In this document: piece by piece, positions 40,241 to 52,581 of the stretch | How the letters are laid out: each line of letters begins with the position of its first letter | How positions within the stretch are numbered: position 1 is the first letter of the stretch | NCBI GenBank assembly: GCA_951406725.2 | Contig: OX597832.1 | Location: forward strand, 5,580,001-5,644,000 | Reading direction: 5' to 3' | Length of the DNA: 64,000 nt | Origin: Octopus vulgaris | Lineage: Eukaryota | The notes under the pieces: generated by a model | Seen by the model: the letters and a program-made list of their open reading frames with translations, nothing else | Told to the model about the DNA's origin: nothing | The model's database searches: none | Program-made: the position numbers and the translations under genes

Positions 40241-43082
40241 TATTATTATTATTATTATTATTATTTAATAACAATAATTTCAAAAGTGAATAAAAAAGGA
40301 GCCTTTGATTAAAAGCACCTGTGAATAGAAAATGAACTGAATCAAATTAAATTTCTCCTACATACTGAAAAGATAGTTGCTGTTCAGGTCTTCTATTTGT
40401 ATTTCACTGCCAAAAGTAGGAAAATCTTACAAGTCCTGATATCTTTATAGAAGTTTCATAGATAGTTTCATAGGAGATAGTTAAGTTCTAAGATCTGAAT
40501 TAGATTTAATAGCAGGAGTTCATGTTATTTGTAATGCATTTTGAAAACTGATAGCAACAAGATGATATTATAATTCATCTGAAAATAAACTAATTTTCTT
40601 TCATTTGCAGTGAAGCATAGTAACATTACTAACTGGATTTACTAACTGGATAGCTATATCAGCTTTAACGGCCATATAGCAAACATGAAGAAGCTTTCAG
40701 CTAATTCAGCTTCCTTCACAGATTAAAGAGATCCAAGAAGAAAGAGACAGTGGAGTAGAGAATAGTAGCAGACAGGACACATCACAGGAATCAAAGTTGG
40801 CTATAAACAGAAAAAATAAAACTAACATTCCCACTCCAGCAACAATATTGAAAAAAATGAAGCTGGTACAAAAAAAAAAGAGAAGGAAAATTTCAAAAAA
40901 AAACATGATCTTTGATGATCTTTATGAAAGACAGAATTAATCAAAATAATTACGACAGCACACTTGTCAATGGATTGATGCCCCAGATATTTAAGCCACC
41001 CTCTTTCGACACACACACACACTCCACTCCTATCAAAGTAAAGAAAATTGGCTGCCAGGTTGTAATTAGTTTGTGTAAGTGATACTTAATTAATGTCAGA
41101 ACAAGAAAGTTTCAAATCATTTTCACACTGGCTCTAGGATAATAACACTAGCTCAACACTTAAAACTGGTCACCATTAATATGAAACCACTCAATAATAC
41201 ACTTCTAGTTTATGCAAGGGAAGGATGAGAATTTATCAGTATCAAATTAAGCTTTATTGATTGTATCTGACACGTTAACTTTCTACGTGGTGTACATGTA
41301 CTGAAAAGCATGGAAGCATGTGAGCAGGCTAACTGTAGATACCTAGGTAAGATGGTAGCATGGTAGCTAACTGCCAATAAAAGAAAATTGCAAATGTATC
41401 TATGATGTCTTGAGTAGAATACAGGCAATTGTAAATAGCGAGAACAGTAACACATCTAACGACAAAACAATTATAAAATAGTTACCCCAAGGATTACAGC
41501 AAATTTCTAACTTGTATACCTATTCAACATATGTATCAATAGGAAAATAATAAATACACAAAATATTGGTTTGAAATTTTGGCACAAGGCCAGTAATTTG
41601 AGGGAAGTGGGCAAGTCGATTATACTGACCCCAGTGCTCAACTGATACTTATTTTATTGACCCCAAAAGAATGAAAGGTAAAGTTGACCACAGCAGAATT
41701 TGAACTCAGAACATAAAGTTGGAAGAAATGCTGCAAAGCAATTTTTTCTGACATGCTAACAATTCTGTCAGCTCACTGCTTTAATAAACATACAGAATAT
41801 TGAAATTCTGTTAAATACTTTAATTAATGTTTTTGTTTTTTTTTATGCATGCATTTAGTTCTACCAACAAAAAAAAACTTTAATAACAAAGGAACTAAGA
41901 TTAAGTGACATAATTTTATATTATGTTTTTGTACTATCATAGATCACATGTTCCAAATACACAACATTTTGTATGAATTGTTTGAATATCCTCTAGAATA
42001 GTCTCTTTCAACTGTACTCACATACAGACACTATATATATATATATCATCATCATCATTTAGCATCCGCTTTCCATGCTAACATGGGTTAGACGGTTCAA
42101 CTGGGGTCTGGGAAGCCAGAAGGCTGCACCTGGCTCCAGTCTGATCTGGCAGTGTTTCTACAGCTTGATGCCCTACCTAACGCTAACCACTCCGTGAGTG
42201 TAGTGGGTGCTTTTTTACGTGTCACTGGCACAGGTGCCTGATGGGGCTGGCAAACGACCACGGTCAAATGGTGCTTTTTACGTGCCACCGGCATGGGGGC
42301 CAGGCGAGGCTGGCAATGGCCATGATCGGATGGTGCTTTTTACGTGCCACCGGCAGGGCTGGCAATGGCCACGATCGGATGGTGCTTTTTACGTGCCGGT
42401 GGCACATATATATATATATATATATTCAAAAGAAACAAATTTCAAAAAGTATATCAACTATACCTAGCATTATAAACAATTTAAACATTTTTAAAAAATT
42501 GCTAGGGCTTACCATCTCTAGTAGTCACTGTGGTATCAAATATATTAGATAAAAGCATGATTGTGGTTAAGAAACTTGGTTCCTAACCATGTGGCTTCAG
42601 GTTCAGTTCCACTGTGTGGTACTTTGGACAAATGTTTTCTACTACACCTCAGGCTGATCGAAACTTTGAGGGTGAATTTAGTAGATGGAAACTGAAAGAA
42701 TCCTGTATTATATAAGTGTATATGTGTGTGTGTGTGTATACATATTCTTTTATTTATTTCAGTCATTTGACTGCAGCCATGCTGGGGCACTGCCTTTTTA
42801 GTCAAACAAATCAACCCCAGGACTTATTCTTTGTAAGCCTAGTACTTATTTTATTAGTCTCTTTTGCCAAACCGCTAAGTTATAGGGATGTAAACTCACC
42901 AACATCTGTTGTGAAGCGAGGATGGGGGGACAGACACAGACACACAAACATATACATGATAGGCTTCTTTCAGTTTCTGTCTACCAAATCCACTCACAAG
43001 GTGCCATGCAATGGGACTGAACCTAGAACCATGTGGTTGGGAAGCAAGCTTCTTACCACACAGCCATGCCTGTGCCTATATT

Positions 43083-43134
<52 letters not shown>

Positions 43135-45002
43135 TGGTGACTCTGGCACTCAGGCTGTTTGGGCTTAGCCTGAATATAAATTTAGTAAAGTGAGTGTGTA
43201 TTTGCAAGCTGATTTAATTTCTACCAACACTGACTTCAAGTATGTAATTCAGCCAATAACTCAGGCTCCTTTTATTGAGCCTAGTTGCAGTTAAGCATCT
43301 GGTGGTCATCTTAGAGGGACTCTGTGTCAAAAAAGATCATTCATAGTAAATGTTCTCTCGACATCATTCACACACGTCTGACTCAGGCTCAGAAGTTACA
43401 GCCAGAGTCGTTATTTATAATTGTAAAAATTAAAGGTAATTCAATGTTTTCTTAAAACAATATATTTCTATTGAGATTAGGGTTTAAATTTCAATCTATG
43501 AAAAGTTTCCATTCTAAAATATTCTTAAAGGAACGAAAAATTACCCAGCAACCAAGGCTAATACAAACGAGCCTGATAGGTATAAAAGAGTAACTGGCAT
43601 TTCTTGTCAAGAGTACAGGCAACAGTCAGATCGCTGATGCTTGTTGTGCACTCTGCTGTTATTTGATTACCATTATTCTGTGCATCTGTGTGTAAAGATC
43701 AGTTTTGTTTTGCAGGGTTGTTTTATATTTACCCTTAACTTAGAAATGGAGAAAGACATAGTACTAGATATAAAAAATAAGCCATTTAGGGCTAGAAGTA
43801 AAGTGGAGAAACATAAAATTCTTCAAGTGTCTTATGTGAAATCTGTAACGAGCTTGAGTGATGCTGATGACTTGGAGTTGCCTCTGATATATATCTATAC
43901 ATACATATGACAGGTTTTGTGTATGTATATATGTGTCTTCTAGTCTTGACATTGTGTGACAGTTTTAAATTAGTGCCAGTCATTACGAGCAGGGTCATTT
44001 TTTTGCAATATTCTGAAAACAAAAGAAAAACATGTCTGGCCATTGAGAAATATCACCTTGCTTGGAAATAGGTGTGGGTTAACAACAGGAAGTGCACCCA
44101 GCCACAGAAAAAACTGCTTTGATAAACTCTGTCTGACCCATGCAAACATGGAAAAGTGGATAGTTAAAATGATAATAATGGTGGTGGCGGAGATGATGAT
44201 GATCATAATTGCCAAGACTGGAATCCAAAGGTTGATTTCCCGTTTCAAAACTGGCAGATACTAAATGCCCTTTTACTACTGAGTAACTTTACTAAGTATA
44301 AAATACAATTTACTGAACTTTATTAACATACAGACAGAAAAAGACAATTCAAATATCAGAAAGAACCCCACCATATATGCAAGTGAACATTTTTCTCTTC
44401 TGAACTCACTGACTCTATGCCCCGCCTCCACCTGAATTCACTCAATGCAGCTTCTTCTCTATCACTCCCTTTTTATCATGAAATGTCAATGAACTTGCTT
44501 TCCTAGAACGCTGTTTCAAATTCCCTTCCTGCTGTCTACCACCCACTAACCCTCCAACAGTTCAAATTAATAATTAACTGCATCGACTTCTGTAAGTTAT
44601 ACTGACTTCAATTTTATGAACCTTGTAAAAGGATTATAAATATTACTGCTACTACTACTACCTCCTTCCTCAAGCTAATGAAGAAAGGATGCTCTCAAAT
44701 ACTTAATTGCATCAATTATGTAATGTGAGTGGAATCAAGTAGCTAATAACATGAAACAAAGAAAACCAAAAAAGAAAATGCTATTTCATGTAATCTTCTA
44801 TCTTTTACATGTTTCAGTCAGACTGTGGCCATGCTGGGGCATCACCTTGAAGAACTTTTAATTCAATGAATTTCTTCCAGTACTTGTTTATTTATTTTTA
44901 AGTCTGGTACTTTTTTATTGGTCTCTTTTGCGAAACTCCTAAGTTATAGGGATGCAAACACACCAACACCAGTTGTCAAGTGGTGGTTGGGGACAAACAA
45001 AG

Positions 45003-45067
<65 letters not shown>

Positions 45068-45625
45068 TGAGGGGCTTCTTGCAGTTTTCATCTACCAAAT
45101 CCACTCACAAAGCTTTGGTTGGTCCGAGGCTGTAGTAGAAGACACTTACCCAAGGTGCCATGCAGTAGGACTGAACTTGGAACCATGTGGTTGGGAAGCA
45201 AGCTTCTTACCACACAGCCATGCCTGCACTTAATGCTAAGATATTTCAAATATACCTTACAGCAAAACATAATCAGAAGTAAAAATAACTGATAAATATA
45301 CCAAAGTTATTTCTATCTTGTTTCAGTCACTGGACTGTGGCCATGCAGGAGCACCTCCACGAAGGGTTTTAGTTGAACATATCAACACTGGTACTTATTT
45401 CAAAAGTCTGGTACTTATTCTATCAGTTTCTTTTTTGCTGAACTGCTAAAACAAACCAACATCAGTTGTCAAGCAGTGAGTGGGGTGGACAAACAGACAG
45501 AAACACACACACACACACACACATGCACATATGTACATCTCGATTCTACTTGAATATTTAAATCTCTTCTCACCTTCCTCATACAATAGCCATTCCCTCA
45601 ATGCTCTACTTGTTATAACCAAAAA

Positions 45626-45719
45626 TGGCTCTGATGAAAGTAGCATTAATTTTCTTAGGTTATTCAATTTTCCTGTCAGTAATGTACCTGTAATAACTAC
45701 TGGAAACAGCTGTAAGCCA
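45626..45719 (+). ncRNA. Type I hammerhead ribozyme motif with long helix II and minimal palindromic helix III (Penelope-type)
   Basis: TGGCT-CTGATGA-aAGTAG...CTACTg-GAAA-CAGCTG-TA-AGCCA. GUA triplet, cut after 45714. Confidence 0.72.
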
Positions 45720-45790
45720 AATTTGCTCCAATAGAGGGAAAATGTGTAATGACCCTTATTTTTAACTTGTTTCTTAGATATATATATGTG

Positions 45791-45827
<37 letters not shown>

Positions 45828-47287
45828 GTAAAAGTAAAAAAATATACAAACTGGGACAAGAACGTAAAACACCTAGAAGACAACACAAGAAACACAGGAC
45901 GGGACATTCGAAGCCCTCAATCATCAGTCAAGAACCGGATCATCTTCGCAATTTCGGCTGATTATGTATATATATACACATATATGATGGGCTTTCACAC
46001 AGTTTCCGTCAATCAAATACACTTACAAGGCATTGATTGACTTGGGCTGGACTAGAAGATACTGCCCTAGGTGCCCAAAACCATGTGATTCCAAGTAAGC
46101 TTGATAACAACATACTTCATTGTTCCTATGAGATATTCCTAGTCTAAAAAATTCAAAATGTTAAGTTCTTCAGAAAAATTGTTTATTTTTTTCTGAAATA
46201 TATTTAGGAAATTAGGAAAAAAAATACCCAACCAAAAACTTCTTTCTTTTCTTCCTTCTATAAGGATACATTACTATAATTTGAAATCTAGAATCTAACA
46301 ATATATCATATGATTTAATTTGAACAACAATCAGAACATGAGATGGCCAGAGCTGCTCACCCATCCTATCACTAAGGTTATAAACAAAGAAAAAAATATC
46401 AAACAATGTTGATATTCCTTTAATTAATATCTAATCAATATTTCAAAGTTGAAAATTCAAACCTAATTTGCGTAAATTATACCATTCACTATTTCCATAA
46501 AACAACCAGAAAAAAAAATCTATTGACAAAACACTTTGATGAAAAATAGAATAAGCCCACGAACTTAAAATGTGCTTAAAGTTTCCAATTACAACATTCT
46601 TTCAGATGTATTATCAAATTAATTCCATTAAAGATCATTTCTGTATTTTGATTCCCTGAAATATAAATGTAAATGCTGCCAAGTAATAACATAGTCTGTA
46701 TCATTTAGCATTAAATCAGCGGTGAAACACATTTAAAAGGGGGAAAAAAAAAGTGTTCTCATTAACAAATTAAAGAGTTTTAAAGTTGTATGACGAATTT
46801 TGCTGATTCACAGGATAAAAGAAACGATTTTTATTTTCAGTGGATTTCATTTTAAGAGTTAAAACACTATGCTTTACACTGTCAAATGCTATCTTAGACT
46901 CTGTAAGAAGAATACACTTACATAAAATCATTCTCAACATATAGTTGCATCTTATTAAAAACCAACTACTAAGTCTTCAGACTGTCCCTCAATACTATTC
47001 TTCCAGTTGAGGGCTCTTGCTACTCAGTAATTTCACTGCTGCTGGTACCACGTAAAACGCACTCAGTACACTCTGTAAAGTGGTTGGTGTCAAGAAGGGC
47101 ATCCAGTCATTAAAACCATGCCAAAATAGACAGTAGAGCTTGGCACAGTTTTCTGACTTGCCAGTTCCTGTCAAACTGTCCAGCCTGTGTCATCATGGAA
47201 AACAGACATTAAATGATTTATATATACACACACACACATACACATGTGTATATATATGCATGTGTATATATATATATATATATATAT

Positions 47288-47340
47288 GAGCTTCCTGATG
47301 ATTTCATTTGAATGAAACAGTTCTAGTCCTGTAGAAGCTC
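47288..47340 (+). ncRNA. Type I hammerhead ribozyme motif
   Basis: GAGCTTC-CTGATGA-t TTC attt GAA t-GAAA-CAG ttctagtc CTG-TA-GAAGCTC. 7-bp helix I, intact core, helices II and III, GUA cleavage triplet (cut after 47333). Confidence 0.82.
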
Positions 47341-47477
47341 CTTCTATAAAATAAATATATATATATATATATATATATGCATACAAATGCATATATATAT
47401 ATATGCATACATATGCATATATACATATACATAAATACATACATATATATGCATACATACATACATAAGCATATATA

Positions 47478-47630
47478 CAGGGTGCGATAGGTAAATTGTC
47501 ACCATTTTATATTTTTAATTTTACACATACACATTGTTTGTTTTTGATTTTGTTGACTACAAAGTATAGTTGTAAGGTCAGTGTTATTTTCATTTTTGCG
47601 TAATTTAGACCATATATTCACTACACCCTG
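47478..47630. mobile_element. Short Tc1-like non-autonomous element
   Basis: TA-CAGGGTG...CACCCTG-TA termini; only 7 bp of the inverted repeat match. Confidence 0.45.
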
Positions 47631-48032
47631 TATATATAGCCACAGTCTAATGATTGAAACAAGTAAAAGATAAAAGATATATATATACATATATATACAC
47701 ACACATATACATACATACACACACACCTTTATGACAGGTTTCTTTCAGTTTCCATCCACCAAATCTACTCATCACTAAGTTCTGGTCATCCTGGGGCTTT
47801 AATAGAAGACAGTTAACCAAGGTGGCACACAGTGAGATAGGACCTGGAACCATGTGGTTCAGAAGCAAACTTCTAACCACCAAGCCATGCCATGTCCATT
47901 TTGTTTATAAATTTATATACTATCCGTATTGGTAAATATAACTAGAGAAAAATGCATGCATTTTGTCAGTATTAAGTAAAATTACAACCACGTATATGTC
48001 ACAATAGTGGCGGCAGTGGCAGCAGCAGTAGC

Positions 48033-48066
<34 letters not shown>

Positions 48067-49506
48067 TCAGAATTATAGACAATCTCACACCATTTCAAAA
48101 CAGAGCATTAACTAAATTCCTTCCACTTAACCTGATATTACAACACTAAGTCAGATTTCAGTCAAACACACACCACTTTTATCAGTGTAAGATGCGTAAT
48201 GGGAAGGCAGCACTAAAATAGCAAAACTACAGCCAAACTTACATTGTGATTACAACGATGGACATAAATATGAAAGATCTAGAAATATCTTTTGTTGTAA
48301 TTTGGCATGATTTCATATAGTTGTACAAACATTGCCTCCAGAACACTGCCAACTTAACAAGTTATCAAACGTTAATATGATTGACATGGACTAACATTTT
48401 CAAGTTGTCAGGATTTGTTGTTGTTATTGTTGTTGTTGGTGGTGGTTGTGGTAGTGGTGGTAATGGCATTTGTGTTGTGTTTATTGATTCATTTATTCTC
48501 GATAAGCCAGAAGGAACCTAATAGTTGGTGCAACATGGCATAATAATGAACCAGTCCTAGGGCTGACTTTTCCAAATTATGCTTTATTTCAAAGGTTTTT
48601 ATTTTGTTTTAGTATTTATTTTTCTCACTGTTGGTCAAAGCATTTCAATAGCATCCTGATGTTTATATCTCAATGCATGAGTACAATAAATCAATAAAGT
48701 ACATTAAAACTTACACCAAATACATTAATGCACCTACACTATCCAAATGCTGACCCTTTTAAATGAAGACTTAATTCAATATAGCTAATTTGAAATATTT
48801 TTTTTCCCTCTTCTTTTTCTTGCAAGTATTTCAGCAGCTAACATTCTTAATATAAGGATTACATGACAAATTTCAGATAGCTAAATTTTGATGGTACATT
48901 TTTAACATTAATTTAATTCCAACATAAATTGTCTCAAGTACAAAGTATATATAAGTGCTTACTGACAAGATGTTATCAACCAAGTTTGTAATATCATATT
49001 TAATAAATCATTTGCCAACTAAACTACGTATACATGTGGTTCTGTAATAAGTGTAGAAATTTGGTGGATGTGTAATGGTCAAATGTTGAAGGTGCTGGTC
49101 TCACAGTTCATGTATCTTGGATTCCATTTAAGATTTGTTTTAAGTCATTAGTCAATGCTCAAGAAACTAACTGTGTGTGTGTGTATATCATCCTCCCCCT
49201 CCTTCAACATCCATTTTCCATGCTGCACCATTCAAGTGTGACCAGTGCCAGTGCTGCCTGACTGGCTCCCATTACACTCTCAGTGTGGTTAGCATTAGGT
49301 ATCCAGCTGTAGAATCTTTGCCAAATCAGATTGGAGCCTGGTGCGGCCTCCTGGCTTGCCAGTCCTTGTTCAAACCATTCAACCCATGCCAGCATGGAAA
49401 GTGGATGTTAAGCAACGATATATATATATAAATATATGTATTACACACACACACACATGCACGCACACACACGCAGGCAGGCAGGCAGTCAGACAGGCAG
49501 TCAGTC

Positions 49507-49543
<37 letters not shown>

Positions 49544-50118
49544 GTCAGACAGACAGATAGATAGATGTCTTAGTTAACATGAGCTGAACACTTAGCTTTT
49601 ATCTTTTACTTGTTTTGGTCATTAGACTGCAGCCATGCTAGGGCACCACCTTGTAAGCTTTCAGTTGAATGAATCAACCCCAGAACTTTGTTTTTTTAAG
49701 CCTGGTACTTACTTTATCAGTCTCTTTTGCAGAACCACTAAGTTACAGGGACACAGACACAAGGATACACACACACAATGGGCTTCTTTCTGATTCCATC
49801 TACCAGATCCACTAACAAGGCTTTGGTTAGCCTGAGACTATAGGAAAAGACATGTTCCCAAGGTGCCATGAAGTGGGACTGAATCTGGAACCATATAGTT
49901 GGGAAGAATTCATTAACAACCACTGTTCATAATAGCTCTATCACTCATAACAATTATCATGAAAAGACAATATGTGAATAACTCATTGGATTAGTTGGGC
50001 ATCACTGAACACTGTTTCAACACAGTAAATCAATTGGGGGGGGGACACTGAAATGGATCTTTTATGAACTTCTTTGACCCAGTCAATCTTCAGTTCAGCA
50101 CCAATAAAATCTGTAAAA

Positions 50119-50286
50119 TCATACAATACTCCTACTGCTAAGAGCAGTGAAATCTACTTTGCAATGGCACTTATTAGTAAATAGATGAACATCAAGTTCA
50201 TAGATGAACATCAAGTTCATCTATTTACTAATAAGTGCCATTGCAAAGTAGATTTCACTGCTCTTAGCAGTAGGAGTATTGTATGA
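50119..50286. repeat. Perfect inverted repeat, 72-bp arms, 24-nt spacer
   Basis: 50119-50190 is the exact reverse complement of 50215-50286. Confidence 0.95.
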
Positions 50287-51074
50287 GAATTAAGTACCTT
50301 TGTCATTAGCAGACTGGCACTCTATAAAACTGTCCAAATGTGATATTTATCTTGGAAATGTTACACAACTAAAACTGCATTAAAGAGATTAGATTTCCCT
50401 TTTTTAAAACCTTAACTCTTAACAGATATTTATATGTTCCACAATGAAAGAATCTAAGAAAGATAAACTATTCTTCTAGAAAAGGGGTTCTCAGCTACAG
50501 ACCGTATGACCCTTGGGAATCCCATATAAGATTTTGTTGATAAAATTTATCTGCAATAAATTGGATATCTTTCAACAATACACAAGCTATTTAAACAATT
50601 TTTTAAAATATAATTCTTGATAATATTTAACTATAAAAATAAAATAAGATTTTTTTAAACATTGATTTGCTAGGATGGTTCACCCAAATAAAACAAGATT
50701 CAAAGGGATCCATTGGGTAAAAATGGTAGAGAAATATTACTATAGAAGGCAAAACAATTTTCACAAACTGCTTTCATTCCAGTTTCAGCCCGTTATCCAG
50801 CTGCATTATTTTAATATTTGTTTTAGTAATAACACAATCAAGATGATGGTATCAGCAGAGCAATGGACCAAGTTATTTTATGGCATTTATTTATATCCTT
50901 TCTGTCTTTGAGATCAAATGCAACCAGAGTCAATTTTGTATTTTTTATCCCTCTGGGACTGTTAAAAATAAGTGGCAGTCAAGTACTAGGATCAATTCAA
51001 TCGATTTCAAAATTTGTGGCATCATGCCAGAGTTATAAATCATTATTACTGAGAAGACTGCCACTGTAAAAACC

Positions 51075-51111
<37 letters not shown>

Positions 51112-52355
51112 TGTCTTTCTTCTGATACACATTCTATATCTTATTTCCTCCTGCTTTCCTATGCTACTTCCATTTAAGCATACCCACTACCCCTTACCCT
51201 TCTTTCCAATACCTATACTATATCTTATTCCTAAGCATGATTCACAACAAGTATGGTATTATGGTTGTGAGGATTTCATCACACAAACAGTCTTTTGTGT
51301 TAAGTATATAAACAAATGAACACTATCTTACAGCAGCATTTCTATAACCTAGAACAAACTTCAACACTGCAAATTAAAATGAAACAACAAAATAATAGAC
51401 CATTCTCCATTTCCTCTGATTTCAAATCAGAACGACGAAAATATCCTAGAGAAACATAAATGTATTGTCTTGATAAAAGGGAAGTTTTCTTTCTTATGGA
51501 AATAAATGTTTTAGAAATATTATTTTCACAGTGACTTATTCTTTTTCTTATAAATTCATGATCAGTGAAAGAACAAAGGAAAGACTTTAAATTTACTGAA
51601 CTCTACCAAATTATAAAAATAACTTTATATATATGGTATATTTTAAGTTTTAAGCCAGCTTAAGTCACAGCAGCATTTAATTTTAGGCACCTAGTCTTTT
51701 AATAAATAATATCCAGAAAGCATTGCTTTATCATTCTATTCTGGAATGAAGTAGCTAAATCTCAAGAACAAGAATACACAAAAAATATTCAGTTGTCAAA
51801 GAGCCAACAAAGGAAGCAGCTGGTGTCATATGGATCATTTGACATGAGTATAATAGTATGAAACAATAGTTTGTTTTCTGAATTAACAAAATTATTATTG
51901 TTCAATGTAAATTAATTCATTTAGGTTACTTGGCTCATTTACTTTTTCAACTGTCAACAGCATTAATGAGCAAGGAAGAGAAAAGCATGTCAGACAGAAA
52001 TACTTTCTATTCATTATGATAATCATGAAGTGTTGTACAACAGATACTTTCATGACTGCATGGCATGGGTAGGAAGAGGGAAACATACAGGATAAAGTGG
52101 GTGGAATTGTAAGAAGCATATTGTGTCAATCAATGAAAATGTTAAATGGCAGTTAATGTACAAGAGATATCTTGAGCAGTGATAAAGCAAAACAGTAATC
52201 AGTAATAGGAGGAAGTGAACAAAGATTAGATTGAGTTCAGTGATCCAGTATCAACATCTACAAAGAAGTGAAAATATATCCAGTAAGGATTCAAAAGAGA
52301 TACGAACTAAGAGAGACTGCAGAAAAATAATCACCTGACAAAAAAGTGAATGTAT

Positions 52356-52581
52356 CTTTGACCCTTTAGCATTTAAAGTGGCCATAAATGACCCAAATAT
52401 TCTGTTTTATGTTCAAATCAACCAGATCCCATCCCTCACACTTACCCTACAATGTCATTCTAAAAATAAACAATCACATCATCAAAATCTCAGAGCTACA
52501 AGATAATGCAAGATTAATTTAAAACATGGTGAATAAATAAGCATTACATTTGACAGAGTAATCTGAATGCTAAAGAGTTAA
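52356..52581. mobile_element. piggyBac-like MITE
   Basis: CCCTTTAGCATT...AATGCTAAAGAG TTAA. Homologous copies at about 23674-23900 and 36667-36889. Confidence 0.7.

Noticed and set aside
43575-43910. TATAAAAG, an acceptor-like TTTGCAG and a short ORF MEKDIVLDIKNKPF on +
   Set aside because: No recognisable homology or further exons; such signals are common in AT-rich DNA.
45895-45960. Minus-strand CTGATGA...TTCGAATGTC as a hammerhead
   Set aside because: GAAT instead of GAAA and no helix I; probably another repeat fragment beside (TA)n.
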